This document shows, piece after piece, positions 11,587-24,319 of a stretch of 64,000 nt of DNA. Every line of letters starts with the position of its first letter. Within the stretch, counting starts at the first letter, position 1. The stretch lies in assembly GCA_965235115.1 (NCBI GenBank), contig OZ249445.1, forward strand, positions 806,001-870,000, in the 5' to 3' direction. This DNA comes from Laetmonice hystrix. Its lineage: Eukaryota. The notes beneath the pieces were generated by a model. That model was not told the origin of the DNA. It ran no database searches and saw only the letters and a list, made by a program, of their open reading frames with translations. The translations under genes were made by a program, and so were the position numbers.

Positions 11587-12984
11587 GTCGTACGTGAACC
11601 TGTCCCCGTCAGCATGTGTAGTCGGACCTGTGCTAGTATGACATCTTGCAAATATTTGAGTAGTCATCATTAACTAAGGCTTAAGTCATCATCATGTAGG
11701 TGTAGGCTTAAAGAATGTGATATGTTTTTTTGATCTTTGCCCTGATTTTTAGCGTCAGAAGTTGTGCATATTGCAAAGGGAACCCGCCCCTTACCATTGT
11801 GCAAGGAGGTGATTATTAGAGGTGGCAAGAGTACCATGCAAATATTCGGAACTTTGCAAATTCTCGTGACAGAAATGTGGTTATTTTGAGATCATTTGTA
11901 CCTTAGATGTGATTGTATGTTGAAGGTGAGTTAGGATATATGACGTAATCTGTATGCCGTGGCTGAACCAATGATCGCTGTGTTTTCATAGTCACGTGAC
12001 ACCCAGAGTACACAGTGCTAGCATGTATGTTATTTGATGAAAGTATTTATTGCGCCTTTTATCTCTGTTACCAAGGTAACGGTAGTTTGTGTCCACTTTC
12101 CGAGCTATGATCCCTGACCTAGATTATGCCGTACCTCAGCAGGCCTCCGTACAGCATCAGGTTAGGCCTTTACCGTCAATGATAGAATACCCTGTCCTCC
12201 CTAAGATTTCTTAACGTATTGCATTATCAGATTACACGTATTACATTATCATTACACGTATTACATTATCCAATTACTCCCCTTGTAGAGCTTACTCAGC
12301 AAACGGAATTATTGGTGAACCCAGCACTCTCAATGACATGAATTGATGAAGGATTATGCCTATATTATTAGCCTTAAATTTCCCAAAATTGACTGTTGGA
12401 CATGCACCAAACCAGTATAATTTGCACAAAAATCCCTTTCTGCAGTTCTGAGCGTGAAGTACACGTAAACTGAAGACTGTGCATACCTGGCAATTAGTTT
12501 TCGTGAATTCCAATAGGTGGCGCCATGAGTGTGTTGCAATGCCCATTTCGCTGTCATACTAAGGACTATTATAGATATTCAAGGTCAAAGGTCAGACCAA
12601 ACCTCACAGTCAGCTGTGGAGTGTATGCTTGGAGACGAAGCATCAGTTTAAAATATTATCCAGAACATGTATATGATATTCAGAATGAGTAGGTTAGAAG
12701 CTAACATTGTGTTTGTATTTGCTTTGTAAGCGTTGATATGTAAGTTAATAACTGATGATGATACCATGGATTAACCAGGAAAGGTCCCGTTACCACCGGC
12801 TTACGTCAAACTTGGGGGGGGGGGGGGTGTCCCCCACAAACATTTTTTCAAACACTATAAGAAAGCCCCTCAGGATAACGGTCAACCTTGAAATGACCTT
12901 CTGCTGGAGGGGGTTTCCCTTCTCCTTCTCTGTCAATCTTCATTTACGACAAATATTGAAGGAATGGTTTGTACACAAGTCAGC

Positions 12985-13117
12985 CTGTGACCGAATATAG
13001 TCCGGGTGTAGTCTATACTGTGACCGAATATAGTCCGGGCGTAGTCCATACTGTGACCGAATATAGTCCGGGCGTAGTTCATACTGTGACCGAATATAGT
13101 CCGGGTGTAGTCCATAG
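12985..13117. repeat. 33-bp tandem repeat x4
   Basis: Unit ctgtgaccgaatatagtccgggcgtagtccata. Confidence 0.9.
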
Positions 13118-13375
13118 CGATATGGACTGGACCTGATCACATCCCAACAATAATATATATTTTGTCATAAAGCGTTACGTCACAGCCATTCCCTGACTCG
13201 AGCCATGGTGTGGTTTTGAAAGGTGGATGAGGTTTCCTGGATTATGATGTGTAGCTCGGGTTTCCAGTCAACCCTTGCCCCTCAGGGGGCAGTGACCTGT
13301 CGTTACTATAGTGGCACGAAATTCTTGCCTTAGGAACCATTCGACTGTTTGTCCTAGATGGGGAATGTGTGACGT

Positions 13376-13431
13376 GTTGCCATGGTGACAGCGCTGACGT
13401 GTTGCCGTGGTAACAGAGCAGATATGGCGGC
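13376..13431 (+). promoter_or_regulatory. Paired RFX X-boxes plus YY1-like motif (candidate promoter)
   Basis: GTTGCCATGGTGAC (13376-13389) and GTTGCCGTGGTAAC (13401-13414), then gatATGGCGGC and a CpG-rich stretch ending at a GTGAGT donor-like site (13626). Confidence 0.55.
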
Positions 13432-14351
13432 GGTAAAAATCGCTAGTAGTGGGAGCCACCGGAGGGAGAGAGAGTGCGGGAGGTCGCACCGACCCGCCCG
13501 GGTCAGAGTGCACTCACTGCGCTCTCCTCTCCACCGGACCCCGCGTGGTGGCGCCACCACGCGGGTGTTGGTAGCGCCGCCATCGGTAGACATATGAAAC
13601 ACGTATATACCTCTGTACTGAGACTGTGAGTGACCCCCGCACGGCCACACTCTTACTGTTATCAGCTAGTCCACGTATTATGCAGAAAGGGGCATTTTTC
13701 AGACATGTATTGATTGAACTATAATTGATAGTAGTTTGCTACCTCCTTTGATCGAATGGGTCAAAGTCGTGGACAATAGGTTCCAAAAATAACATGTATG
13801 TGTGGGAAATAAAGAGCTTCAATAGGTTTATCAATAATCAAAGATAGTTTGTATTTATCAGTTTTGCCTATTCTGGCCACCTGGTGGTCGATCTGTACAA
13901 CAATTTTCTCCGAAGATTTTTTCACAACTTCAAATCAAGTGCACACACAACATACCTTTTAAACCCAACCGTGAAACTTTAAGTGAAAATATTATCTTGT
14001 CCTATGCAAGCATATATTCTTATGAAGAAAATTTAACACCGCCTGCACGTTCCACAAACATTTTAAACGTTTTTATTTTCCCGATCAGTGCGTATCGCTC
14101 TTAAACATTGTCATTGGTCACAAACACATTGCCGTGACATTAGTGACGTCATGTCACGCCGGACAGGCCAAGGGTAGCCGGCAGACATTGTGTCATTGTG
14201 ATGGAAATATCTGGTGAAGTCTTGTAACCCTTTGTCATCCCGTGAGAACAATATGACGGGGAACCGACTGAGGTTAATGGACTTCCGGTCATTACAATGA
14301 CGCCAACTCGTGCCAACACCATGTCGCACAATAAACATATATTATAATGCC

Positions 14352-15117
14352 ACGTTTCCATGAGATACCAGTTTTCTATAACTGACTACGTTTCCATGAG
14401 ATACCAGTTTTCTATAACTGACTTTACGTTTCCATGACATACCCGTTTTCTATAACTGACTACGTTTCCATGAGATACCAGTTTTCTATAACTGACTACG
14501 TTTCCATGAGATACCAGTTTTCTATAACTGACTACGTTTCCATGAGATACCAGTTTTCTATAACTGACTTTACGTTGCCATGGGATACCCGTTTTCTATA
14601 ACTGACTACGTTTCCATGAGATACCCGTTTTCTATAACTGACTACGTTTCCATGAGATACCAGTTTTCTATAACTGACTACGTTTCCATGAGATACCAGT
14701 TTTCTATAACTGACTTTACGTTTCCATGAGTTACCCGTTTTCTATAACTGACTACGTTTTCATGAGATACCCGTTTTCTATAACTGACTTTACGTTTCCA
14801 TGACATACCCGTTTTCTAGAACTGACTTTACGTTGCCATGGGATACCCGTTTTCTATAACAGACTTTACGTTTCCATGAGATACCAGTTTTCTATAACTG
14901 ACTTTACGTTTCCATGAGATACCAGTTTTCTATAACTGACTTTACGTTTCCATGACATACCCGTTTTCTATAACAGACTTTACGTTTCCATGAGTTACCC
15001 GTTTTCTATAACAGACTTTACATTTCCATGAGATACCCGTTTTCTATAACTGACTTTACGTTTCCATGACATACCAGTTTTCTATAACTGACTTTACGTT
15101 GCCATGGGATACCCGTT
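14352..15117. repeat. 36/38-bp minisatellite, ~21 copies, each with an X-box-like core
   Basis: Unit cgtttccatgagataccagttttctataactgact(tt)a; several copies read GTTGCCATGGGATAC. Confidence 0.93.
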
Positions 15118-15259
15118 GCCCTCTCATTGCCCCAGGCTTTTCCACGACTGGCGCTTGCTCTGAGCACGGCCCACTGTGTGTGGGATCAAGGGGAGTGGCC
15201 TAGCTAGGATCGAGGGGGTGTGCCTTGTGATTAAGGGGCTTGGCTGGATTAGAGAGGGC

Positions 15260-15824
15260 GTGGCCATGGTAACCAATCACTCGGCCCCCAGACGTACCGA
15301 CTTGTTCTATCAACGTCTAGCTCCAAAAGTTCGTAATATTGAAGATAGAATACGTCACAAATACCTGTCATTATATGTTAAAGCAAAATCCGACTATCTC
15401 TAATTATTTCAATGAATGCAAAATGCAAATATGGGCTGTTAGGTTTGATAAAACCTATAGACTACAGAAATCAAAAAATGTATACGGGTCCACAGAAATG
15501 GAGAAATTTAATGAAGTTCAAAATACCAGCTGAAGCGATCGTCTCTGGCTGGTTGTTGACCTGGCACTGACTTCAACAGCCAATGAAATTCATCGGGCGA
15601 CTGTTGTCCAGTCTGGACCGAGAAAAATAAGAGATAGTCGGTGTTTGCTTTAACAGGTGATTCTGACCTTTTACATTAGTGTTTTACACGAAGGGAGGTT
15701 TAGTTGAAAATGGATAAATTGATTCTCGAGTATCATTGTTGTCCAGTCTGAAAACTGTCGGCACAATGCACAAATACACGACAGTACTTTATCCCCTTAC
15801 TGTTCTACGCGTCACCATGGTAAC
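15260..15824 (+). promoter_or_regulatory. X-box/CCAAT/GC-box cluster upstream of the tetraspanin
   Basis: ggcGTGGCCATGGTAACcaatc (15260-15278) and GTCACCATGGTAAC (15811-15824); a CRE-like GTGACGTCAC also lies just before the ATG (~16352). Confidence 0.45.
15382..15649. mobile_element. Kolobok-type non-autonomous DNA transposon (MITE), 268 bp
   Basis: TTAA on both sides (15378-15381, 15650-15653); element starts AG and ends CT; imperfect ~30-bp TIRs agcaaaatccgactatctctaattatttc / gaaaaataagagatagtcggtgtttgct. Confidence 0.7.
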
Positions 15825-16417
15825 GGAGTGTACTGTATATTATAGGACGGCTATGGTTGCTGAGAGATGAGCTGTGATGCTTAGCGACAGGTGTGTGAGT
15901 GCCACGAGTCGAGGATTAGTACAGGTGTAGTGATTTTGAGGGTCAAGGACATCGAACCTGACCACAGATCCATGAGAACTGATTCACCAGTTTCTCAGCC
16001 GGGGAACACTTATTTGTAAGGATGTGATAATTAGTACCTGAGGGCGACACGAGATTACCCAGCATCCCCTGCCCACCTGGCCTTCCTCACCTGTACTGCA
16101 CACAGTCTGCTCACAACGATTGGAGTGAGGATACGGAGAGACGCTGCAATCAGCGCCCCCTCCACTGCCCCCGTCACGCGCGTCACCAGACGACAGACGC
16201 GCACCGCCACGTTACAATCCTAGCGTTCCTGTTGGTATCATTCGTGTGCGGGGACCACTTCATGCCGGGTTTAATGTGGCTCCTTGAGAGTACATAAAAA
16301 CGGATATCATGGTGATCTCGGTCCAGAGTGTAAGGATGGTCGACGGCTTATTGTGACGTCACCAAGCACCATACACACGGCAGTCGCGTTGAAAACGTCC
16401 AAAACAACATATTGAAT

Positions 16418-19400
16418 ATGGTGGAGAGTATATGTGGAAAATGTGCCAAGTACATGCTCTTTATCTTCAACCTCTTCTTTTGGGTACGTTTATATTTATC
16501 TGGTTTTATATGTAGGCGTGTAGTCACGTGTGTGTTGCTGATTATAGTCGGTATAAAAAGCTATTTGTAGGGAACCTCTCTCTGAGTTACCCCTTGCCCA
16601 ATGTGTAGTGTAACCTGAAGATTACGACCATTTCTGTATACTACTCACTCACCACTGTCCGCGGGTAACTCGACCTAAAGGTGCTGCATGTGGATCTCAG
16701 AGAAGAAAGAAGAAGTATAGCAAGACTTTGTGCCTTTGTTTATCCCAACAAATGGGATGAATGAAAATCGCCGAATGAAATGTCTAATATAGGACATATA
16801 TAGACTCCCTGTTCACGCATTTCAAGTCTATAGGCATGAGTTCTCCCACAGGTATGACAGAGGTCATCACCCACAGGTATGACAGAGGTCATCACCCACC
16901 TTCACCTGACATGAGTTCTCCCACAGGTATGACAGAGGTCATCACCCACAGGTATGACAGAGGTCACCACCCACCTTCACCTGACATGAGTTCTCCCACA
17001 GGTATGACAGAGGTCATCACCCACAGGTATGACAGAGGTCGTCACCCACAGGTATGACAGAGGTCGTCACCCACAGGTATGACAGAGGTCACCACCCACA
17101 GGTATGACAGAGGTCGTCACCCACAGGTATGACAGAGGTCATCACCCACAGGTATGACAGAGGTCACCACCCACAGGTATGACAGAGGTCATCACCCACA
17201 GGTATGACAGAGGTCATCACCCACAGGTATGACAGAGGTCACCACCCACAGGTATGACAGAGGTCATCACCCACAGGTATGACAGAGGTCATCACCCACA
17301 GGTATGACAGAGGTCATCACCCACAGGTATGACAGAGGTCATCACCCACAGGTATGACAGAGGTCATCACCCACCTTCACCTGACATGAGTTCTCCCACA
17401 GGTATGACAGAGGTCATCACCCACAGGTATGACAGAGGTCATCACCCACAGGTATGACAGAGGTCACCACCCACAGGTATGACAGAGGTCACCACCCACA
17501 GGTATGACAGAGGTCATCACCCACAGGTATGACAGAGGTCACCACCCACAGGTATGACAGAGGTCATCACCCACAGGTATGACAGAGGTCGTCACCCACA
17601 GGTATGACAGAGGTCATCACCCACAGGTATGACAGAGGTCGTCACCCACCTTCACCTGACATGAGTTCTCCCACAGGTATGACAGAGGTCACCACCCACA
17701 GGTATGACAGAGGTCATCACCCACAGGTATGACAGAGGTCATCACCCACCTTCACCTGACATGAGTTCTCCCACAGGTATGACAGAGGTCGTCACCCACA
17801 GGTATGACAGAGGTCATCACCCACCTTCACCTGACATGAGTTCTCCCACAGGTATGACAGAGGTCATCACCCACAGGTATGACAGAGGTCATCACCCACA
17901 GGTATGACAGAGGTCACCACCCACAGGTATGACAGAGGTCGTCACCCACAGGTATGACAGAGGTCGTCACCCACAGGTATGACAGAGGTCGTCACCCACA
18001 GGTATGACAGAGGTCATCACCCACAGGTATGACAGAGGTCATCACCCACAGGTATGACAGAGGTCGTCACCCACAGGTATGACAGAGGTCATCACCCACA
18101 GGTATGACAGAGGTCGTCACCAACAGGTATATATGACAGAGGTCACCACCCACCTTCACCTGACATGTTGCGACATGTCGCCCACCCTTCCCTCGCTGGC
18201 GTGTTTCATTGTGTGAAGAAACCGACCGATGGAGGTTGAAGTTTGTGTGTTAGACCTGAGAAATCGACGCGACAAATACTGGTGTCTGTGGTTTAGACCT
18301 GTGATTGGATGGGAAATGTGTTATATCACATCCCTGACTTTGAGCTTGTCCTGGGTGTAACAGGAGATATATTACCTGACTTTGAGCTTGTCCTGGGTGT
18401 AACAGGAGATATATTACCTGACTTTGAGCTTGTCCTGGGTGTAACAGGAGATATATTACCTGACTTTGAGCTTGTCCTGGGTGTAACAGGAGATATATTA
18501 CCTGACTTTGAGCTTGTCCTGGGTGTAACAGGAGATATATTACCTGACTTTGAGCTTGTCCTGGGTGTAACAGAAGATATATTACCTGACTTCGAGCTTG
18601 TCCTGGGTGTAACAGGAGATATATTACCTGACTTTGAGCTTGTCCTGGGTGTAACAGGAGATATATTACCTGACTTTGAGCTTGTCCTGGGTGTAACAGG
18701 AGATATATTACCTGACTTTGAGCTTGGCCTGGGTGTAACATAAGATATGTTCAAAGGTTGAACAGTCAAGGTGAAAGCTATCCAGGTATCATCTATACCT
18801 GGACGATATGATGCCCCTCAGGGTTCAGAACTCAGTACAAACTTTATCCTGATGAGTTCATGAGACACCACGTATACTTACCTCTGTATAGGTCTCTGTA
18901 TAATCTACCTGTACTGACTTCAGGGCTGCACCCTACCGTCAAATCTGAGAAGAGAGTTCTATGGGGGCCCGGATACATGCCCCCTCTCCTCCCCGACTGG
19001 TCCAGAATCAGATATCGATGTGATCCGCGATCCTCTGAGCATGCTGGCAGGGGATACGTCCCCACTGGCGGATTCAAGGGGCTAAAAGGGCTCCAGCCCC
19101 CCCCCCCCTAAATTATGGACGACGTTATTTTATCATCAAATTATTATAATATTTATCATATATTTTTGGCATTGGCCTAATAATATGTCAGCGCCTCCCC
19201 TAAAAAAATTCCTGGACCTGCGTCAGCCTGTACACTTGTATATCGGCCTCGAGAGTGGACGCACCCACTAGCAGCATGATAACGGGGAGAATTAAAGGGA
19301 TTCGATTATTGATATCCCTGAAAATTACCTCCTCGCTACACGGAGCACCTCGCTTACGGCGCTTTGATACCTCCTCGCTACACGGAGCACCTCGCTTACG

Positions 19401-22400
19401 GCGCTTTGATACCTCCTCGCTACACGGAGCACCTCGCTTACGGCGCTTTGATACCTCCTCGCTACACGGAGCACCTCGCTTACGGCGCTTTGATACCTCC
19501 TCGCTACACGGAGCACCTCGCTTACGGCACTTTGATACCTCCTCGCTACACGGAGCACCTCGCGTACGGCACTTTGATGTGTCGTCAATTTGTACCTGCT
19601 GGGCGCGTCTTTAATATATAGCCACGCGTACTCGCTACATGATTCATGACGAACTATGCCAACACCACGCTGACCTCCAACCTGCAGCCCTACACACAGG
19701 GCCTGTACTTACCCTAGCAGGGGGTAGCAAGGGAGGGGGTGGTTATAAAATTAACCCATACCCAATCAACAGTATAGGGTAACCGCTCAAGCTGGAGTCC
19801 TAGTGCCTTCTGCAATCAGAAACGTTACGCAAGTTTTAACAAAGGTCTCTGAATGGTTTCAGCTGAGCGGCGGGGCCCTGCTCGGCGTGGGGATCTGGCT
19901 CCTCCAGGACCAATCCATCGTCCAACACCTGGAAGTGGTTGCCATAGAAACGAGTGACGCCGACCTACGGATGGCGACGTATATAATGATTGGGACTGGC
20001 GGCGTTATATTCCTCATCGGATTCTGTGGTTGTTGTGGCGCCTCCAGGGAGAGTCGGTGTCTGCTCGGGGTGGTGTGTACATGTACCCATTATAGGCTGA
20101 TAACATCAGATTTAACACGTTATGAATCAAGTATATAATTATGTAGGTCTATTCTATGTTTGAATGTTAAATTTGTAGACTTTCTTTAATATATATCCTG
20201 AAGGTATAGGCCTATTTCCTGCATGTGCTTTCAGAGTACAGAGGCTCATAGAGTGAGAGATAGAGTAACCACAAGGATTTGTAGGCCTCCATTTATTGTT
20301 GTGTTGTTCCAGTATGCCACGTTCATGGTTTTGATCATCACAGCCGAGGTCGGAGCTGCCGTCGTCGTCTTCTTCTTCATGAACAAGGTGGGCACACATC
20401 GCACCGCGTGTGTGCGAACTGGGGGGCACACATCGCACCGCGTGTGTGCGAACTGGGGGGGGGGCACACATCGCACCGCGTGTGTGCGAACTGGGGGGGG
20501 GGGGCACACATCGCACCGCGTGTGTGGGAACTGGGGGGCACACATCGCACCGCGTGTGTGGGAACTGGGGGGGGGGGGCAGGGGGCACACATCGCACCGC
20601 GTGTGTGGGAACTGAGGGGGGGGGGACAGGGGGCACACATCGCACCATGGGGATTGGTCTGTCGGACCATTGGTCGGTCGGACCATTAATTGGAATGTCG
20701 GACTAACGGTCCCTCCTCTTTTTGCCGACAGATAGAAACATTTTTTCACGAGTCGTTGAAGGATGAACTGCGCGACAACTACATGGCGAACACGACCCTA
20801 CAGCGGGCCTGGGACCGGCTACAAATACAGGTATAACATTCCGCCAGGGGGCGCCCTCGTACGGGTGCTCTCTGCCTGCGACTGCTGGGCGTCCGTCCGT
20901 CAGCGTGCCCCTGGCAACCCTTTCTCTGACGTCACGAACATCATAAGGAAAAAAGGAAGGAAAATAATTATGTTCGTGCATAGGTTAAGATCTGTAGAGA
21001 CATGATTTTAGTTACAATATTTATTAAAATAGAAAATTAAAATAACTGTAGGCTATCAAGTTTACCATTGTGTGTGGCTAGGACCTTAGGCTATATTTGG
21101 TCCTCGTGTATTCGAGATGCAGTGAGTTGTCGGTTTTAGTTAATATAATATACAGAATATAATATACAGATTATAATACACAGCTGTCAGACAATGATCA
21201 GGTATACCCGCCGCTTGCCCAGGTAGAGTCCCCCACTGGTGTTAGCAGGCTACCGTTCCACCATCGATTAATTATTGGCCTATAGTTGCCTGGAATATCG
21301 GCTTATATAGCCTACTGGCCACAGACGCTCCACACATTACCCATTGAACCCCCCCCCCCCCTCCGCCCCTCTGGTGATCACAGACGTACGCCCCCATATT
21401 AACCCTTTAACCCCTTCTCCATGATCCAGTTCACGTGCTGCGGAACGCGCGGTCCCTTCGAGTGGCGGGAGTCTGACTGGTTCCGGTCGGCGGAGGCCAG
21501 GGTGAGTGTTTCCTGTCTCAATTACAATGTAGGCTCTACTCTTTCAATGGGAAGGCATGACCCCCTCCCCCTCTGTGAATAAGTATGGCCTATGGCCCCG
21601 GATATAGACCTCTAGGAGGCCTATAGGGGCCTGTCCATGAGCTTCGACACTATAATATGATGGTGTCAGGAGCAGCAGGCCGGTCAGCCCTGGTTCCAAA
21701 CGGATAGCAGAACTCGTGGAAGTCTACATGGGTCGACTGTAAAGGGTAAATCCAAGGGGTAAGACCCCCCTTTTAAAATTTGTCCTTGCGTTGTTTTCAG
21801 CCGAGCGGCGTGCAGAAGTTGTACGCGCCGTGGTCGTGCTGCCGACGGGCGTCCCTGCTAGGGGGGCACGGGGACGTGTGTCAAGACGAGGCTAGGGGTA
21901 ATAGTACCCCCACCCAACACCTCCACGTCATGGTGGGTATCTAACTCATCATCTTTGCACAACTTCAACCGTCTAACTAAATGTCTGATGACCCCACGCA
22001 AACCGAAAAGCCCGGATAACACTGATGCCTGTCAATGGGCGCCAACCGCAGCCGCAGGTATATTGGTATTAAAGGGGCATATTATGAGGAAACGTTAAAA
22101 ATTGGTATTTCATAGAACTTTTGATGTTTTCATAAAGAGATCCTTCATTAAAATTGCTTAGTAAACAAAGACAGACTTATCAGTTTCATTTTGCGTGAGA
22201 AATCGAAGTTTATTAAGCTCCCTTGCCCGCTTCTCTGCCGATTTCGTAAAATATCTTTTGGGTGGCAATCTGATGCCGGGCGATCAAGTGCCACTGCTGA
22301 ATTGTTTACAACTAAGCAAAGCACGTGACTAAGCACATGCAGAGAGTGCACACACAGGATGTGACACAGTACGCGATTACACGGGTTGATGGGAGGTTGT

Positions 22401-24319
22401 CCACCAAATTATGGCGGGAGATGTGCTATCGGGATAAATCTATAGGTTTGGTCGTATAGAATCTACTTGTGCTGCATACGCAGCGAAAACACGTCGGAGG
22501 ACAAAATGCTGTGGTAGGATTATTTACTTGGATCCCTAGTACACGGTCATGTTGGATAATTGCCGGAAATCCTCAAAATCCTCGTGTTTCATAGCATGCC
22601 CCTTTAATGAAGCCGGGGAGGCGGCCCTGTACCCTGTGTGTTTCTCCCTTCCCTCCACCGAACAACCCAAAACATTAAGTTCACAGTCACCAACCACTAG
22701 ATCTATTATACCCGGAAAGGTCCGTTTTTGTAAGCGAGGACTCAGTTCAACGGTCGTGCCTCACACAAAGAGGTATCGAGGTTCTCGCCTCTGTGCTTAG
22801 ACACAACACGGTTGGTATGCGACAGCGCCTGCTGGCGGGACTTTTGAGAAACACGTTTCTGACTCTGGCGAATATAGCTAGGTCCCTGTCCCTTTTCATG
22901 ACAGACTTGTTTTCCCGACCTGGCTTCCAAGGCCAGCTACCGGCAACTGTGCTAATTGCAGTACTCTGCCTGGAGTTTGGGAGGCGTCGCACACAGTCCC
23001 CAGTCGGAACGGTCAATATACACCAGCGCCTGCTGGCGGCACTTTTGTGAAGCTTTGCAAGCTAAAATTATTTCACATCAACACCACAGGTTCAACACGA
23101 TTCGTTTGACAATTCACTTAAGATCTGCGGAAACCACAATCATTATTACAACCTTTGATTTCTTAAATCCCTCTTGATACGCGATAATCATTATTTCGTT
23201 CCTCACTATGAACGTTTAAGGCGCCGAAGCGAAGCGAAGTTCCCCCACAGCCGGTGAATCGTGATTCATGCGCACATCATGGGGTCCGCGGCAAACGGTG
23301 CTGCCATCTATCGTTTTGACGTGGAACTAAATCACGTGAATATTAGTTCAGAGTTAAAACGATAGATGGCAGCACCATTACGTTACGGTGCCGCTGTGGC
23401 GCTACTGTCGGCTGTCCAAGTAGACTGTGTAGTAGGCCTATCGACAGCGGTTTGTGTGGAACTAACCACTGTCGCCCGTGGTTGTGAAACCAAATTGGTA
23501 AAACTTCAGCGCTACTCCAAGTGTTCGCGACGACGAATAGAAGCATTATTTATCGCATGTAGAGAAGAGAGAACTCCTGACCATTCAGGAACCTTCACAT
23601 GATGATTTGAGATCAACGCGTGTCGGCAGTTTCGACGGTACGCCTGTAATTCCAAGTTTCTCGGAATCCCCGCCAGCAGGCGCTGCTGCATTTTGACCGT
23701 GTCTCATAGTGCTGTTACCAGATGGATGGATGGCCATATGCAGACGCGGATCCGACTTCTTTTGCCGTCCTGGCATAGACATAGTATTTCTAAGTTATAT
23801 GTTATTACTATATTTACACTGTAGGCCTGGGAATACAATCTATCACTAGATGTGTTTGTGATTTTACTTTCCTATTTTTGTTTCAGGGATGTTTTGACTC
23901 CCTCCTAGAGTGGGTGAAAAAGAATGCGAAAATTCTCATAGGTGTTGGAGCTGGTATTGCTGCATTGCAGGTAAGGAGTGCACCTTCCACATGTTATGAG
24001 CATAGCCATATTACTACTAGATCTATGTCGATTTGTTGTACCTATGCCTGCCTATAGTAGGCCTATAGGGACATGACGTATTCCGTTACTGATTCAGCAT
24101 AATTTACCGACTAACTTACCATAGACTATAAGTTAAATGTGTGATGTGTACATAACCATGACATCTCAGTCGAGTCTGTGGGATGTCCCGCCTGACCTCT
24201 GTCTGACCTCTGTTTGACCTCTGTCTGACCTCTGTGCCCAACAGGTCCTGGGGCTTGTCTTCTCCTGCTTCCTCATCTACGAGGTGAGGCAGGAGAAATC
24301 GGTGGGAACGATTGCCTGA
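16418..24319 (+). CDS. Tetraspanin (CD9/TSPAN-like), 270 aa
   Basis: Exons 16418-16483, 19863-20072, 20313-20387, 20732-20830, 21430-21501, 21801-21932, 23887-23970, 24245-24319; all phase 0, 813 nt in total. Motifs KYMLFIFNLFFW, GFCGCCGA, ESRCLL, CCG, PWSCC, GC and four TM segments. Confidence 0.93.
16835..18170. repeat. 25-bp minisatellite with interspersed longer variant units (tetraspanin intron 1)
   Basis: Unit acaggtatgacagaggtcatcaccc, interrupted several times by accttcacctgacatgagttctccc. Confidence 0.96.
18331..18740. repeat. 42-bp minisatellite, ~10 copies
   Basis: Unit cctgactttgagcttgtcctgggtgtaacaggagatatatta. Confidence 0.95.
19327..19580. repeat. 42-bp minisatellite, ~6 copies
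   Basis: Unit acctcctcgctacacggagcacctcgcttacggcgctttgat. Confidence 0.95.
20388..20650. repeat. G-tract-punctuated repeat, ~8 copies, starting at the tetraspanin exon 3 donor
   Basis: gcacacatcgcaccgcgtgtgtg(c/g)gaact followed by G runs of variable length. Confidence 0.9.
20841..20854 (+). promoter_or_regulatory. CTCF-like motif (intronic)
   Basis: CCGCCAGGGGGCGC, a near-perfect core consensus; motif match only. Confidence 0.4.
22073..22603. mobile_element. Kolobok-type non-autonomous DNA transposon, 531 bp
   Basis: TTAA|AGGGGCATattatga ... tcatagcATGCCCCT|TTAA; TSD-like TTAA at 22069-22072 and 22604-22607; no ORF. Confidence 0.75.
23297..23376. repeat. 80-bp inverted repeat (34-bp arms, 30/34 match) of a dispersed element
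   Basis: ggtgctgccatctatcgttttgacgtggaactaa / ttagttcagagttaaaacgatagatggcagcacc; the right arm recurs at 60761-60790 (29/30 identical). Confidence 0.85.

Noticed and set aside
19060-19230. GGCGGAT...poly-C...CCTGGA MITE-like segment
   Set aside because: Termini are too degenerate to define TIRs or a TSD from sequence alone.
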